NCBI RefSeq assembly: GCF_009914755.1
Contig: NC_060946.1
Direction: 5' to 3' (one strand)
DNA: 64,000 nucleotides
Source of the DNA: the human T2T-CHM13v2.0 reference genome, Homo sapiens
Made by a program: the position numbers and the translations under genes
Shown: positions 13,301 through 28,300 of the stretch, in pieces
Layout of the letters: every line of letters starts with the position of its first letter
Position numbering within the stretch: position 1 is the stretch's first letter
The notes under the pieces: model-generated
Told to the model about the DNA's origin: nothing
The model's input: the letters and a program-made list of their open reading frames with translations, nothing else
Databases searched by the model: none

Positions 13301-16300
13301 CCTAATGTTCACTTCGAGATACTACAGAAAGAGTGTTTCAAACTGCTGTACGAAAGGGAATGTTCAACTCTGTGACTTGAATGCACACATCACAAAGAAG
13401 TTTCTGAGGATGCTGCTGTCTACTTTTTATACGTAATCCCGTTTCCAACGAAATCCTCCAACCTATCCAAATATCCACTTGCAGAATCCACAGAAAGACT
13501 GTTTCAAAACTGCTCTGTCAATAGAAAGGTTCAACTCTGTTAGCTGCGTGCATATATCCCAAAGAAGATTCTGAGATTGCTTCTGTCTAGTTTTTATGGG
13601 AAGATATTTCCCTTTTCACCGTAGGCGTCAAGGCGCTCCAAATGTCCACTTCCAGATAGTACAAAAAGAGTGTTTCAAACCTACTCTATGAAAGGGAATA
13701 TTCAACTCTGTGACTAGAATGCACATATCACAAAGAAGTTTCTGAGAATGCATCTGTCGAGATTTTATATGAAGATATTCCCGTTTCCAACGAAATCCTG
13801 AAATCTATTCAAATATCCCCTCGCAGATTCTTCAAAAAGAGTGTTTCAATACTGCTCTGTAAAAAGAAAGGTTCAACTCTGTTAGTTGAGTACACACATC
13901 ACAAACAAGTTTCACAGAATGCTTCTTTCTAGCTTGTAGGGGAAGATATTCCCTTTATCACCATGGGCCTCAAACCGTCCGAAACGTCTACTTCCATATA
14001 CTACAAAAAGAGCGTTTCAAACCTGCTCCATGAAAGGCAATGTTCAACTCTGTGACTTGAATGCAGACATCACAGAGCAGTTTCTGAGAATGCTTCTGTC
14101 TAGATTTTATAGGAAGATATTCCCGTTTCCAACGAAATCTTCACAGCTATCCAAATATCCACTTGCAGATTCTACAAAAAGAGTGTATCAAAACTGCTCT
14201 GTCAAAAGGAAGGTTCTTCTCTGTTAGGTGAGTGCATACGTCATAAAGGAGTTTCTGAGAATGTTTCTGTCTAGTGGTTATGGGAAGATATTTGCTTTTT
14301 CACCGTAGGCCTCAGAGCGCTCCAAATATCCACTTGCACATACTACAAAAAGAGTGCTTCAAAGCTGCTCTCTGAAAGGGAATGTTCAACTCTATGAGTT
14401 GAATGCAAACATCACAAAGACGTTTCTGAGAATGCTTCGGTCTAGATTTGATATGAAGATATTCCCGTTTCCAACGAAATCTTCAAATCTATCCAAATGT
14501 CCACTTGCAGATTCAACAAAAAGTGTTTTTCAGAACTGCTCTATCAAAAGAAAGATCCACCTCTGTTAGCTGAGTTCACACATCACAAACAAGTTTATGA
14601 GAATGCTTCTGTCTAGTTTTTATTTGAAGATATTTCCTTTCTCACCATAGACCTGAAAGCTGTCCTAATGTTCACTTCCAGATACTACAGAAAGAGTGTT
14701 TCAAAACTGCTGTACGAAAGGGAATGTTCAACTCTGTGACTTGAATGCACACATCACAAAGAAGTTTCTGAGGATGCTGCTGTCTACTTTTTATACGTAA
14801 TCCCGTTTCCAACGAAATCCTCCAAGCTATCCAAATATCCACTTGCAGATTCCACAGAAAGACTGTTTCAAAACTGCTCTGTCAATAGAAAGGTTCAACT
14901 CTGTTAGCTGCGTGCATATATCCCAAAGAAGATTCTGAGATTGCTTCTGTCTAGTTTTTATGGGAAGATATTTCCCTTTTCACCGTAGGCGTCAAGGCGC
15001 TCCAAATGTCCACTTCCAGATAGTACAAAAAGAGTGTTTCAAACCTACTCTGTGAAAGGGAATATTCAACTCTGTGACTTGAATGCACATATCACAAAGA
15101 AGTTTCTGAGAATGCTTCTGTCGAGATTTTATATGAAGATATTCCCGTTTCCAACGAAATCCTGAAATCTATCCAAATATCCCCTCGCAGATTCTACAAA
15201 AAGAGTGTTTCAAAACTGCTCTGTAAAAAGAAAGGTTGAACTCTGTTAGTTGAGTACACACATCACAAACAAGTTTCACAGAATGCTTCTTTCTAGCTTG
15301 TAGGGGAAGATATTCCCTTTATCACCATGGGCCTCAAACCGTCCGAAACGTCCACTTCCATATACTACAAAAAGAGCGTTTCAAACCTGCTCCATGAAAG
15401 GCTATGTTCAACTCTGTGACTTGAATGCAGACATCACAGAGCAGTTTCTGAGAATGCTTCTGTCTAGATTTTATAGGAAGATATTCCCGTTTCCAACGAA
15501 ATCTTCACAGCTATCCAAATATCCACTTGCAGATTCTACAAAAAGAGTGTATCAAAACTGCTCTGTCAAAAGGAAGGTTCTTCTCTGTTAGGTGAGTGCA
15601 TACGTCATAAAGGAGTTTCTGAGAATGTTTCTGTCTAGTGGTTATGGGAAGATATTTGCTTTTTCACCGTAGGCCTCAGAGCGCTCCAAATATCCACTTG
15701 CACATACTACAAAAAGAGTGCTTCAAAGCTGCTCTCTGAAACGGAATGTTCAACTCTATGAGTTGAATGCAAACATCACAAAGACGTTTCTGAGAATGCT
15801 TCTGTCTAGATTTGATATGAAGATATTCCCGTTTCCAATGAAATCTTCAAATCTATCCAAATGTCCACTTGCAGATTCAACAAAAAGTGTTTTTCAGAAC
15901 TGCTCTATCAAAAGAAAGATCCACCTCTGTTAGCTGAGTTCACACATCACAAACAAGTTTATGAGAATGCTTCTGTCTAGTTTTTATTTGAAGGTATTTC
16001 CTTTCTCACCATAGACCTGAAAGCTGTCCTAATGTTCACTTCCAGATACTACAGAAAGAGTGTTTCAAAACTGCTGTACGAAAGGGAATGTTCAACTCTG
16101 TGACTTGAATGCACACATCACAAAGAAGTTTCTGAGGATGCTGCTGTCTAATTTTGATACGTAATCCCGTTTCCAACGAAATCCTCCAAGCTATCCAAAT
16201 ATCCACTTGCAGATTCCACAGAAAGACTGTTTCAAAACTGCTCTGTCAATAGAAAGGTTCAACTCTGTTAGCTGCGTGCATATATCCCAAAGAAGATTCT

Positions 16301-19300
16301 GAGATTGCTTCTGTCTAGTTTTTATGGGAAGATATTTCCCTTTTCACCGTAGGGGTCAAGGCGCTCCAAATGTCCACTTCCAGATACTACAAAAAGAGTG
16401 TTTCAAACCTACTCTGTGAAAGGGAATATTCAACTCTGTGACTTGAATGCAGATATCACAAAGAAGTTTCTGAGAATGCTTCTGTCGAGATTTTATATGA
16501 AGATATTCCCGTTTCCAACGAAATCCTGAAATCTATCCAAATATCCCCTCGCAGATTCTACAAAAAGAGTGTTTCAAAAGTGCTCTGTAAAAAGAAAGGT
16601 TCAACTCTGTTAGTTGAGTACACACATCACAAACAAGTTTCACAGAATGCTTCTTTCTAGCTTGTAGGGGAAGATATTCCCTTTATCACCATGGGCCTCA
16701 AACCGTCCGAAACGTCAACTTCCATATACTACAAAAAGAGCGTTTCAAACCTGCTCTATGAAAGGCAATGTTCAACTCTGTGACTTGAATGCAGACATCA
16801 CAGAGCAGTTTCTGAGAATGCTTCTGTCTAGATTTTATAGGAAGATATTCCCGTTTCCAACGAAATCTTCACAGCTATCCAAATATCCACTTGCAGATTC
16901 TACAAAAAGAGTGTATCAAAACTGCTCTGTCAAAAGGAAGGTTCTTCTCTGTTAGTTGAGTACATACGTCATAAAGGAGTTTCTGAGAATGTTTCTGTCT
17001 AGTGGTTATGGGAAGATATTTGCTTTTTCACCGTAGGCCTCAGAGCGCTCCAAATATCCCCTTGCACATACTACAAAAAGAGTGCTTCAAAGCTGCTCTC
17101 TGAAACGGAATGTTCAACTCTATGAGTTGAATGCAAACATCACAAAGACGTTTCTGAGAATGCTTCTGTCTAGATTTGATATGAAGATATTCCCGTTTCC
17201 AACGAAATCTTCAAATCTATCCAAATGTCCACTTGCAGATTCAACAAAAAGTGTTTTTCAGAACTGCTCTATCAAAAGAAAGATCCACGTCTCTTAGCTG
17301 AGTTCACACATCACAAACAAGTTTATGAGAATGCTTCTGTCTAGTTTTTATTTGAAGATATTTCCTTTATCACCATAGACCTGAAAGCTGTCCTAATGTT
17401 CACTTCCAGATACTACAGAAAGAGTGTTTCAAAACTGCTGTACGAAAGGGAATGTTCAACTCTGTGACTTGAATGCACACATCACAAAGAAGTTTCTGAG
17501 GATGCTGCTGTCTACTTTTTATACGTAATCCCGTTTCCAACGAAATCCTCCAATCTATCCAAATATCCACTTGCAGATTCCACAGAAAGACTGTTTCAAA
17601 ACTGCTCTGTCAATAGAAAGGTTCAACTCTGTTAGCTGCGTGCATATATCCCAAAGAAGATTCTGAGATTGCTTCTGTCTAGTTTTTATGGGAAGATATT
17701 TCCCTTTTCACCGTAGGTGTCAAGGCGCTCCAAATGTCCACTTCCAGATACTACAAAAAGAGTGTTTCAAACCTACTCTGTGAAAGGGAATATTCAACTG
17801 TGTGACTAGAATGCACGTATCACAAAGAAGTTTCTGAGAATGCTTCTGTCGAGATTTTATATGAAGCTATTCCCGTTTCCAACGAAATCCTGAAATCTAT
17901 CCAAATATCCCCTCGCAGATTCTACAAAAAGAGTGTTTCAAAACTGCTCTGTAAAAAGAAAGGTTCAACTCTGTTAGTTGAGTACACACATCACAAACAA
18001 GTTTCACAGAATGCTTCTTTCTAGCTTGTAGGGGAAGATATTCCCTTTATCACCATGGGCCTCCAACCGTCCGAAACGTCCACTTCCATATAGTACAAAA
18101 AGAGCGTTTCAAACCTGCTCTAGGAAAGGCAATGTTCAACTCTGTGACTTGAATGCAGACATCACAGAGCAGTTTCTGAGAATGCTTCTGTCTAGATTTT
18201 ATAGGAAGATATTCCCGTTTCCAACGAAATCTTCACAGCTATCCAAATATCCACTTGCAGATTCTACAAAAAGAGTGTATCAAAACTGCTCTGTCAAAAG
18301 GAAGGTTCTTCTCTGTTAGGTGAGTGCATACGTCATAAAGGAGTTTCTGAGAATGTTTCTGTCTAGTGGTTATGGGAAGATATTTGCTTTTTCACCGTAG
18401 GCCTCAGAGCGATTCAAATATCCACTTGCACATACTACAAAAAGAGTGCCTCAAAGCTGCTCTCTGAAACGGAATGTTCAACTCTATGAGTTGAATGCAA
18501 ACATCACAAAGACGTTTCTGAGAATGCTTCTGTCTAGATTTGATATGAAGATATTCCCGTTTCCAACGAAATCTTCAAATCTATCCAAATGTCCACTTGC
18601 AGATTCAACAAAAAGTGTTTTTCAGAACTGCTCTATCAAAAGAAAGATCCACCTCTGTTAGCTGAGTTCACACATCACAAACAAGTTTATGAGAATGCTT
18701 CTGTCTAGTTTTTATTTGAAGATATTTCCTTTCTCACCATAGACCTGAAAGCTGTCCTAATGTTCACTTCCAGATACTACAGAAAGAGTGTTTCAAAACT
18801 GCTGTACGAAAGGGAATGTTCAACTCTGTGACTTGAATGCACACATCACAAAGAAGTTTCTGAGGATGCTGCTGTCTACTTTTTATACGTAATCCCGTTT
18901 CCAACGAAATCCTCCAAGCTATCCAAATATCCACTTGCAGATTCCACAGAAAGACTGTTTCAAAACTGCTCTGTCAATAGAAAGGTTCAACTCTGTTAGC
19001 TGCGTGCATATATCCCAAAGAAGATTCTGAGATTGCTTCTGTCTACTTTTTATGAGAAGATATTTCCCTTTTCACCGTAGGCGTCAAGGCGCTCAAAATG
19101 TCCACTTCCAGATACTACAAAAAGAGTGTTTCAAACCTACTCTGTGAAAGGGAATATTCAACTCTGTGACTTGAATGCAGATATCACAAAGAAGTTTCTC
19201 AGAATGCTTCTGTCGAGATTTTATATGAAGATACTCCCGTTTCCAACGAAATCCTGAAATCTATCCAAATATCCCCTCGCAGATTCTACAAAAAGAGTGT

Positions 19301-22300
19301 TTCAAAACTGCTCTGTAAAAGGAAAGGTTCAACTCTGTTAGTTGAGTACACACATCACAAACAAGTTTCACAGAATGCTTCTTTCCAGCTTGTAGGGAAA
19401 GATATTCCCTTTAACACCATGGGCCTCAAACCGTCCGAAACGTCCACTTCCATATACTACAAAAAGAGCGTTTCAAACCTGCTCTAGGAAAAGCAATGTT
19501 CAACTCTGTGACTTGAATGCAGACATCACAGAGCAGTTTCTGAGAATGCTTCTGTCTAGATTTTATAGGAAGATATTCCCGTTTCCAACGAAATCTTCAC
19601 AGCTATCCAAATATCCACTTGCAGATTCTACAAAAAGAGTGTATCAAAACTGCTCTGTCAAAAGGAAGGTTCTTCTCTGTTAGGTGAGTGCATACGTCAT
19701 AAAGGAGTTTCTGAGAATGTTTCTGTCTAGTGGTTTTGGGAAGATATTTGCTTTTTCACCGTAGGCCTCACAGCGCACCAAATATCCACTTGCACATACT
19801 ACAAAAAGAGTGCCTCAAAGCTGCTCTCTGAAACGGAATGTTCAACTCTATGGGTTGAATGCAAACATCACAAAGACGTTTCTGAGAATGCTTCTGTCTA
19901 GATTTGATATAAAGATATTCCCGTTTCCAACGAAATCTTCAAATCTATCCAAATGTCCACTTGGAGATTCAACAAAAAGTGTTTTTCCGAACTGCTCTAT
20001 CAAAAGAAAGATCCACCTCTGTTAGCTGAGTTCACACATCACAAACAAGTTTATGAGAATGCTTCTGTCTAGTTTTTATTTGAAGATATTTCCATTCTCA
20101 CCATAGACCTGAAAGCTGTCCTAATGTTCACTTCCAGATGCTGCAGAAAGAGTGTTTCAAAACTGCTGTACGAAAGGGAATATTCAACTCTGTGACTTGA
20201 ATGCACACATCACAAAGAAGTTTCTGAGGATGCTGCTGTCTACTTTTTATACGTAATCCCGTTTCCAACGAAATCCTCCAAGCTATCCAAATATCCACTT
20301 GCAGATTCCACAGAAAGACTGTTTCAAAACTGCTCTGTCAATAGAAAGGTTCAACTCTGTTAGCTGCGTGCATATATCCCAAAGAAGATTCTGAGATTGC
20401 TTCTGTCTAGTTTTTATGGGAAGATATTTCCCTTTTCACCGTAGGCGTCAAGGCGCTCCAAATGTCCACTTCCAGATACTACAAAAAGAGTGTTTCAAAC
20501 CTACTCGGTGAAAGGGAATATTCAACTCTGTGACTTGAATGCACATATCACAAAGAAGTTTCTGAGAATGCTTCTGTCGAGATTTTATATGAAGATATTC
20601 CCGTTTCCAACGAAATCCTGAAATCTATCCAAATATCCCCTCGCAGATTCTACAAAAAGAGTGTTTCAAAACTGCTCTGTAAAAAGAAAGGTTCAACTCT
20701 GTTAGTTGAGTACACACATCACAAACAAGTTTCACAGAATGCTTCTTTCTAGCTTGTAGGGGAAGATATTCCCTTTATCACCATGGGCCTCAAACCGTCC
20801 GAAACGTCTACTTCCATATACTACAAAAAGAGAGTTTCAAACCTGCTCTATGAAAGGCAATGTTCAACTCTGTGACTTGAATGCAGACATCACAGAGCAG
20901 TTTCTGAGAATGCTTCTGTCTAGATTTTATAGGAAGATATTCCCGTTTCCAACGAAATCTTCACAGCTATCCAAATATCCACTTGCAGATTCTACAAAAA
21001 GAGTGTATCAAAACTGCTCTGTCAAAAGGAAGGTTCTTCTCTGTTAGTTGAGTACATACGTCATAAAGGAGTTTCTGAGAATGTTTCTGTCTAGTGGTTA
21101 TGGGAAGATATTTGCTTTTTCACCTTAGGCCTCAGAGCGCTCCAAATATCCCCTTGCACATACTACAAAAAGAGTGCTTCAAAGCTGCTCTCTGAAACGG
21201 AATGTTCAACTCTATGAGTTGAATGCAAACATCACAAAGACGTTTCTGAGAATGCTTCTTTCTAGATTTGATATGACGATATTCCCGTTTCCAACGAAAT
21301 CTTCAAATCTATCCAAATGTCCACTTGCAGATTCAACAAAACGTGTTTTTCAGAACTGCTCTATCAAAAGAAAGATCCACCTCTGTTAGCTGAGTTCACA
21401 CATCACAAACAAGTTTATGAGAATGCTTCTGTCTAGTTTTTATTTGAAGATATTTCCTTTCTCACCATAGACCTGAAAGCTGTCCTAATGTTCACTTCCA
21501 GATACTACAGAAAGAGTGTTTCAAAACTGCTGTACGAAAGGGAATGTTCAACTCTGTGACTTGAATGCACACATCACAAAGATGTTTCGGAGGATGCTGC
21601 TGTCTACTTTTTATACGTAATCCCGTTTCCAACGAAATCCTCCAAGCTATCCAAATATCCACTTGCAGATTCCACAGAAAGACTGTTTCAAAACTGCTCT
21701 GTCAATAGAAAGTTTCAACTCTGTTAGCTGCGTGCATATATCCCAAAGAAGATTCTGAGATTGCTTCTGTCTAGTTTGTATGGGAAGATATTTCCCTTTT
21801 CACCGTAGGCGTCAAGGCGCTCCAAATGTCCACTTCCAGATACTACAAAAAGAGTGTTTCAAACCTACTCTCTGAAAGGGAATATTCAACTCTGTGACTT
21901 GAATGCACATATCACAAAGAAGTTTCTGAGAATGCTTCTGTCGAGATTTTATATGAAGATATTCCCGTTTCCAACGAAATCCTGAAATCTATCCAAATAT
22001 CCCCTCGCAGATTCTACAAAAAGAGTGTTTCAAAACTGCTCTGTAAAAAGAAAGGTTCAACTCTGTTAGTTGAGTACACACATCACAAACAAGTTTCACA
22101 GAATGCTTCTTTCTATCTTGTAGGGGAAGATATTCCCTTTATCACCATGGGCCTCAAACCGTCCGAAACGTCCACTTCCATATACTACCAAAAGAGCGTT
22201 TCAAACCTGCTCTAGGAAAGGCAATGTTCAACTCTGTGACTTGAATGCGGACATCAGAGAGCAGTTTCTGAGAATGCTTCTGTCTAGATTTTATAGGAAG

Positions 22301-25300
22301 ATATTTCCGTTTCCAACGAAATCTTCACAGCTATCCAAATATCCACTTGCAGACTCTACAAAAAGAGTGTATCAAAACTGCTCTGTCAAAAGGAAGGTTC
22401 TTCTCTGTTAGGTGAGTGCATACGTCATAAAGGAGTTTCTGAGAATGTTTCAGTCTAGTGGTTATGGTTAGACATTTTCTTTAACCCCGTAGGCCTCAGA
22501 GCGCTCCAAATATCCACTTGCACATACTACAAAAAGAGTGCTTCAAGGCTGTTCTCTGAAACGGAATGTTCAACTCTATGAGTTGAATGCAAACATCACA
22601 AAGACGTTTCTGAGAATGCTTCTGTCTAGATTTGATATGAAGATATTCCCGTTTCCAACGAAATCTTCAAATCTATCCAAATGTCCACTTGCAGATTCAA
22701 CAAAAAGTGTTTTTCAGAACTGCTCTATCAAAAGAAAGATCCACCTCTGTTAGCTGAGTTCACACATCACAAACAAGTTTATGAGAATGCTTCTGTTTAG
22801 TTTTTATTTGAAGATATTTCCTTTCTCACCATTGACCTGAAAGCTGTCCTAATGTTCACTTCCAGATACTACAGAAAGAGTGTTTCAAAACTGCTGTACG
22901 AAAGGGAATGTTCAACTCTGTGACTTGAATGCACACATCACAAAGAAGTTTCTGAGGATGCGGCTGTCTACTTTTTATACGTAATCCCGTTTCCAACGAA
23001 ATCCTCCAACTATCCAAATATCCACTTGCAGATTCCACAGAAAGACTGTTTCAAAACTGCTCTGTCAATAGAAAGGTTCAACTCCGTTAGCTGCGTGCAT
23101 ATATCCCAAAGAAGATTCTGAGATTGCTTCTGTCTAGTTTTAATGGGAAGATATTTCCCTTTTCACCGTAGGCGTCAAGGCGCTCCAAATGTCCACTTCC
23201 AGATACTACAAAAAGAGTGTTTCTAACCTACTCGGTGAAAGGGAATATTCAACTCTGTGACTTGAATGCAGATATCACAAAGAAGTTTCTGAGAATGCTT
23301 CTGTCGAGATTTTATATTAAGATATTCCCGTTTCCAACGAAATCCTGAAATCTATCCAAATATCCCCTCGCAGATTCTACAAAAAGAGTGTTTCAAAACT
23401 GCTCTGTAAAAAGAAAGGTTCAACTCTGTTAGTTGAGTACACACATCACAAACAAGTTTCACAGAATGCTTCTTTCTAGCTTGTAGGGGAAGATATTCCC
23501 TTTATCACCATGGGCCTCAAACCGTCCGAAACGTCCACTTCCATATACTACAAAAAGAGCGTTTCAAATCTGCTCTAGGAAAGGCAATGTTCAACTCTGT
23601 GACTTGAATGCAGACATCACAGAGCAGTTCCTGAGAATGTTTCTGTCTAGATTTTATAGGAAGATATTCCCGTTTCCAACGAAATCTTCACAGCTATCCA
23701 AATATCCACTGTCAGATTCCACAAAAAGAGTGTATCAAAAGTGCTCTGTCAAAAGGAAGGTTCTTCTCTGTTAGGTGAGTGCATACGTCATAAAGGAGTT
23801 TCTGAGAATGTTTCTGTCTAGTGGTTATGGGAAGATATTTGCTTTTTCACCGTAGGCCTCAGAGCGCTCCAAATATCCACTTGCACATACTACAAAAAGA
23901 GTGCCTCAAAGCTGCTCTCTGAAACGGAATGTTCAACTCTATGAGTGGAATGCAAACATCACAAAGACGTTTCTGAGAATGCCTCTGTCTAGATTTGATA
24001 TGAAGATATTCCCGTTTCCAACGAAATCTTCAAATCTATCCAAATGTCCACTTGCAGATTCAACAAAACGTGTTTTTCAGAACTGCTCTATCAAAAGAAA
24101 GATCCACGTCTCTTAGCTGAGTTCACACATCACAAACAAGTTTATGAGAATGCTTCTGTCTAGTTTTTATTTGAAGATATTTCCTTTCTCACCATAGACC
24201 TGAAAGCTGTCCTAATGTTCACTTCCAGATACTACAGAAAGAGTGTTTCAAAACTGCTGTACGAAAGGGAATGTTCAACTCTGTGACTTGAATGCACACA
24301 TCACAAAGAAGTTTCTGAGGATGCTGCTGTCTACTTTTTATACGTAATCCCGTTTCCAACGAAATCCTCCAATCTATCCAAATATCCACTTGCAGATTCC
24401 ACAGAAAGACTGTTTCAAAACTGCTCTGTCAATAGAAAGGTTCAACTCTGTTAGCTGCGTGCATATATCCCAAAGAAGATTCTGAGATTGCTTCTGTCTA
24501 CTTTTTATGGGAAGATATTTCCCTTTTCACCGTAGGCGTCAAGGCGCTCCAAATGTCCACTTCCAGATACTACAAAAAGAGTGTTTCAAACCTACTCTGT
24601 GAAAGGGAATATTCAACTCTGTGACTAGAATGCGCATATCACAATGAAGTTTCTGAGAATGCTTCTGTCGAGATTTTATATGAAGATATTCCCGTTTCCA
24701 ACGAAATCCTGAAATCTATCCAAATATCCCCTCGCAGATTCTTCAAAAAGAGTGTTTCAATACTGCTCTGTAAAAAGAAAGGTTCAACTCTGTTAGTTGA
24801 GTACACACATCACAAACAAGTTTCACAGAATGCTTCTTTCTAGCTTGTAGGGGAAGATATTCCCTTTATCACCATGGGCCTCAAACCGTCCGAAACGTCC
24901 ACTTCCATATACTACAAAAAGAGCGTTTCAAACCTGCTCTATGAAAGGCAATGTTCAACTCTGTGACTTCAATGCAGACATCACAGAGCAGTTTCTGAGA
25001 ATGCTTCTGTCTAGATTTTATAGGAAGATATTCCCGTTTCCAACGAAATCTTCACAGCTATCCAAATATCCACTTGCAGATTCTACAAAAAGAGTGTATC
25101 AAAACTGCTCTGTCAAAAGGAAGGTTCTTCTCTGTTAGTTGAGTACATACGTCATAAAGGAGTTTCTGAGAATGTTTCTGTCTAGTGGTTATGGGAAGAT
25201 ATTTGCTTTTTCACCTTAGGCCTCAGAGCGCTCCAAATATCCCCTTGCACATACTACAAAAAGAGTGCTTCAAAGCTGCTCTCTGAAAGAGAATGTTCAA

Positions 25301-28300
25301 CTCTATGAGTTGAATGCAAACATCACAAAGACGTTTCTGGGAATGCTTCTGTCTAGATTTGATATGAAGATATTCCCGTTTCCAAAGAAATCTTCAAATC
25401 TATCCTAATGTCCACTTGCAGATTCATCAAAAAGTGTTTTTCAGAACTGCTCTATCAAAAGAAAGATCCACCTCTGTTAGCTGAGTTCACACATCACAAA
25501 CAAGTTTATGAGAATGCTTCTGTCTAGTTTTTATTTGAAGGTATTTCCTTTCTCACCATAGACCTGAAAGCTGTCCTAATGTTCACTTCCAGATACTACA
25601 GAAAGAGTGTTTCAAAACTGCTGTACGAAAGGGAATGTTCAACTCTGTGACTTGAATGCACACATCACAAAGAAGTTTCTGAGGATGCCGCTGTCTACTT
25701 TTGATACGTAATCCCGTTTCCAACGAAATCCTCCAAGCTATCCAAATATCCACTTGCAGATTCCACAGAAAGAATGTTTCAAAACTGCTCTGTCAATAGA
25801 AAGGTTCAACTGTGTTAGCTGCGTGCATATATCCCAAACAAGATTCTGAGATTGCTTCTGTCTAGTTTTTATGGGAAGATATTTCCCTTTTCACCGTAGG
25901 CGTCAAGGCGCTCCAAATGTCCACTTCCAGATACTACAAAAAGAGTGTTTCAAACCTATTCTGTGAAAGGGAATATTCAACTCTGTGACTTGAATGCACA
26001 TATCACAAAGAAGTTTCTGAGAATGCTTCTGTCGAGATTTTATATGAAGATATTCCCGTTTCCAACGAAATCCTGAAATCTATCCAAATATCCCCTCGCA
26101 GATTCTACAAAAAGAGTGTTTCAAAACTGCTCTGTAAAAAGAAAGGTTCAACTCTGTTAGTTGAGTACACACATCACAAACAAGTTTCACAGAATGCTTC
26201 TTTCTAGCTTGTAGGGGAAGATATTCCCTTTATCACCATGGGTCTCAAACCGTCCGAAACGTCCACTTCCATATACTACAAAAAGAGCGTTTCAAACCTG
26301 CTCTATGAAAGGCAATGTTCAACTCTGTGACTTGAATGCAGACATCACAGAGCAGTTTCTGAGAATGCTTCTGTCTAGATTTTATAGGAAGATATTCCCG
26401 TTTCCAACGAAATCTTCACAGCTATCCAAATATCCACTTGCAGATTCTACAAAAAGAGTGTATCAAAACTGCTCTGTCAAAAGGAAGGTTCTTCTCTGGT
26501 AGTTGAGTACATACGTCATAAAGGAGTTTCTGAGAATGTTTCTGTCTAGTGGTTATGGGAAGATATTTGCTTTTTCACCTTAGGCCTCAGAGCGCTCCAA
26601 ATATCCCCTTGCACATACTACAAAAAGAGTGCTTCAAAGCTGCTCTCTGAAAGGGAATGTTCAACTCTATGAGTTGAATGCAAACATCACAAAGACGTTT
26701 CTGGGAATGCTTCTGTCTAGATTTGATATGAAGATATTCCCGTTTCCAACGAAATCTTCAAATCTATCCAAATGTCCACTTGCAGATTCAACAAAAAGTG
26801 TTTTTCAGAACTGCTCTATCAAAAGAAAGATCCACCTCTGTTAGCTGAGTTCACACATCACAAACAAGTTTATGAGAATGCTTCTGTCTAGTTTTTATTT
26901 GAAGGTATTTCCTTTCTCACCATAGACCTGAAAGCTGTCCTAATGTTCACTTCCAGATACTACAGAAAGAGTGTTTCAAAACTGCTGTACGAAAGGGAAT
27001 GTTCAACTCTGTGACTTGAATGCACACATCACAAAGAAGTTTCTGAGGATGCTGCTGTCTACTTTTGATACGTAATCCCGTTTCCAACGAAATCCTCCAA
27101 GCTATCCAAATATCCACTTGCAGATTCCACAGAAAGACTGTTTCAAAACTGCTCTGTCAATAGAAAGGTTCAACTCTGTTAGCTGCGTGCATATATCCCA
27201 AAGAAGATTCTGAGATTGCTTCTGTCTAGTTTTTATGAGAAGATATTTCCCTTTTCACCGTAGGCGTCAAGGCGCTCCAAATGTCCACTTCCAGATACTA
27301 CAAAAAGAGTGTTTCAAACCTACTCTGTGAAAGGGAATATTCAACTCTGTGACTTGAATGCAGATATCACAAAGAAGTTTCTGAGAATGCTTCTGTCGAG
27401 ATTTTATATGAAGATATTCCCGTTTCCAACGAAATCCTGAAATCTATCCAAATATCCCCTCTCAGATTCTACAAAAAGAGTGTTTCAAAACTGCTCTGTA
27501 AAAAGAAAGGTTCAACTCTGTTAGTTGAGTACACACATCACAAACAAGTTTCACAGAATGCTTCTTTCTAGCTTGTAGGGGAAGATATTCCCTTTATCAC
27601 CATGGGCCTCAAACCGTCTGAAACGTCCTCTTCCATATACTACAAAAAGAGCGTTTCAAACCTGCTCTATGAAAGGCAATGTTCAACTCTGTGACTTGAA
27701 TGCAGACATCACAGAGCAGTTTCTGAGAATGCTTCTGTCTAGATTTTATAGGAAGATATTCCCGTTTCCAACGAAATCTTCACAGCTATCCAAATATCCA
27801 CTTGCAGATTCTACAAAAAGAGTGTATCAAAACTGCTCTGTCAAAAGGAAGGTTCTTCTCTGTTAGGTGAGTGCACACGTCATAAAGGAGTTTCTGAGAA
27901 TGTTTCTGTCTAGTGGTTATGGGAAGATATTTGCTTTTTCACCGTAGGCCTCAGAGCGCTCCAAATATCCACTTGCACATACTACAAAAAGAGTGCTTCA
28001 AAGCTGCTCTCTGAAACGGAATGTTCAACTCTATGAGTTGAATGCAAACATCACAAAGACGTTTCTGAGAATGCTTCTGTCTAGATTTGATATGAAGATA
28101 TTCCCGTTTCCAAGGAAATCTTCAAAACTATCCAAATGTCCACTTGCAGATTCAACAAAAAGTGTTTTTCAGAACTGCTCTATCAAAAGAAAGATCCACC
28201 GTTGTTAGCTGAGTTCACACATCACAAACAAGTTTATGAGAATGCTTCTGTCCAGTTTTTATTTGAAGATATTTCCTTTCTCAAAATAGACCTGAAAGCT

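Noticed and set aside
7141-13345. Isolated 1-bp indels (~7147, ~8963, ~13341; also ~53900)
   Set aside because: These are singletons, mostly in short homopolymers. They are ordinary slippage or consensus error and carry no further signal.
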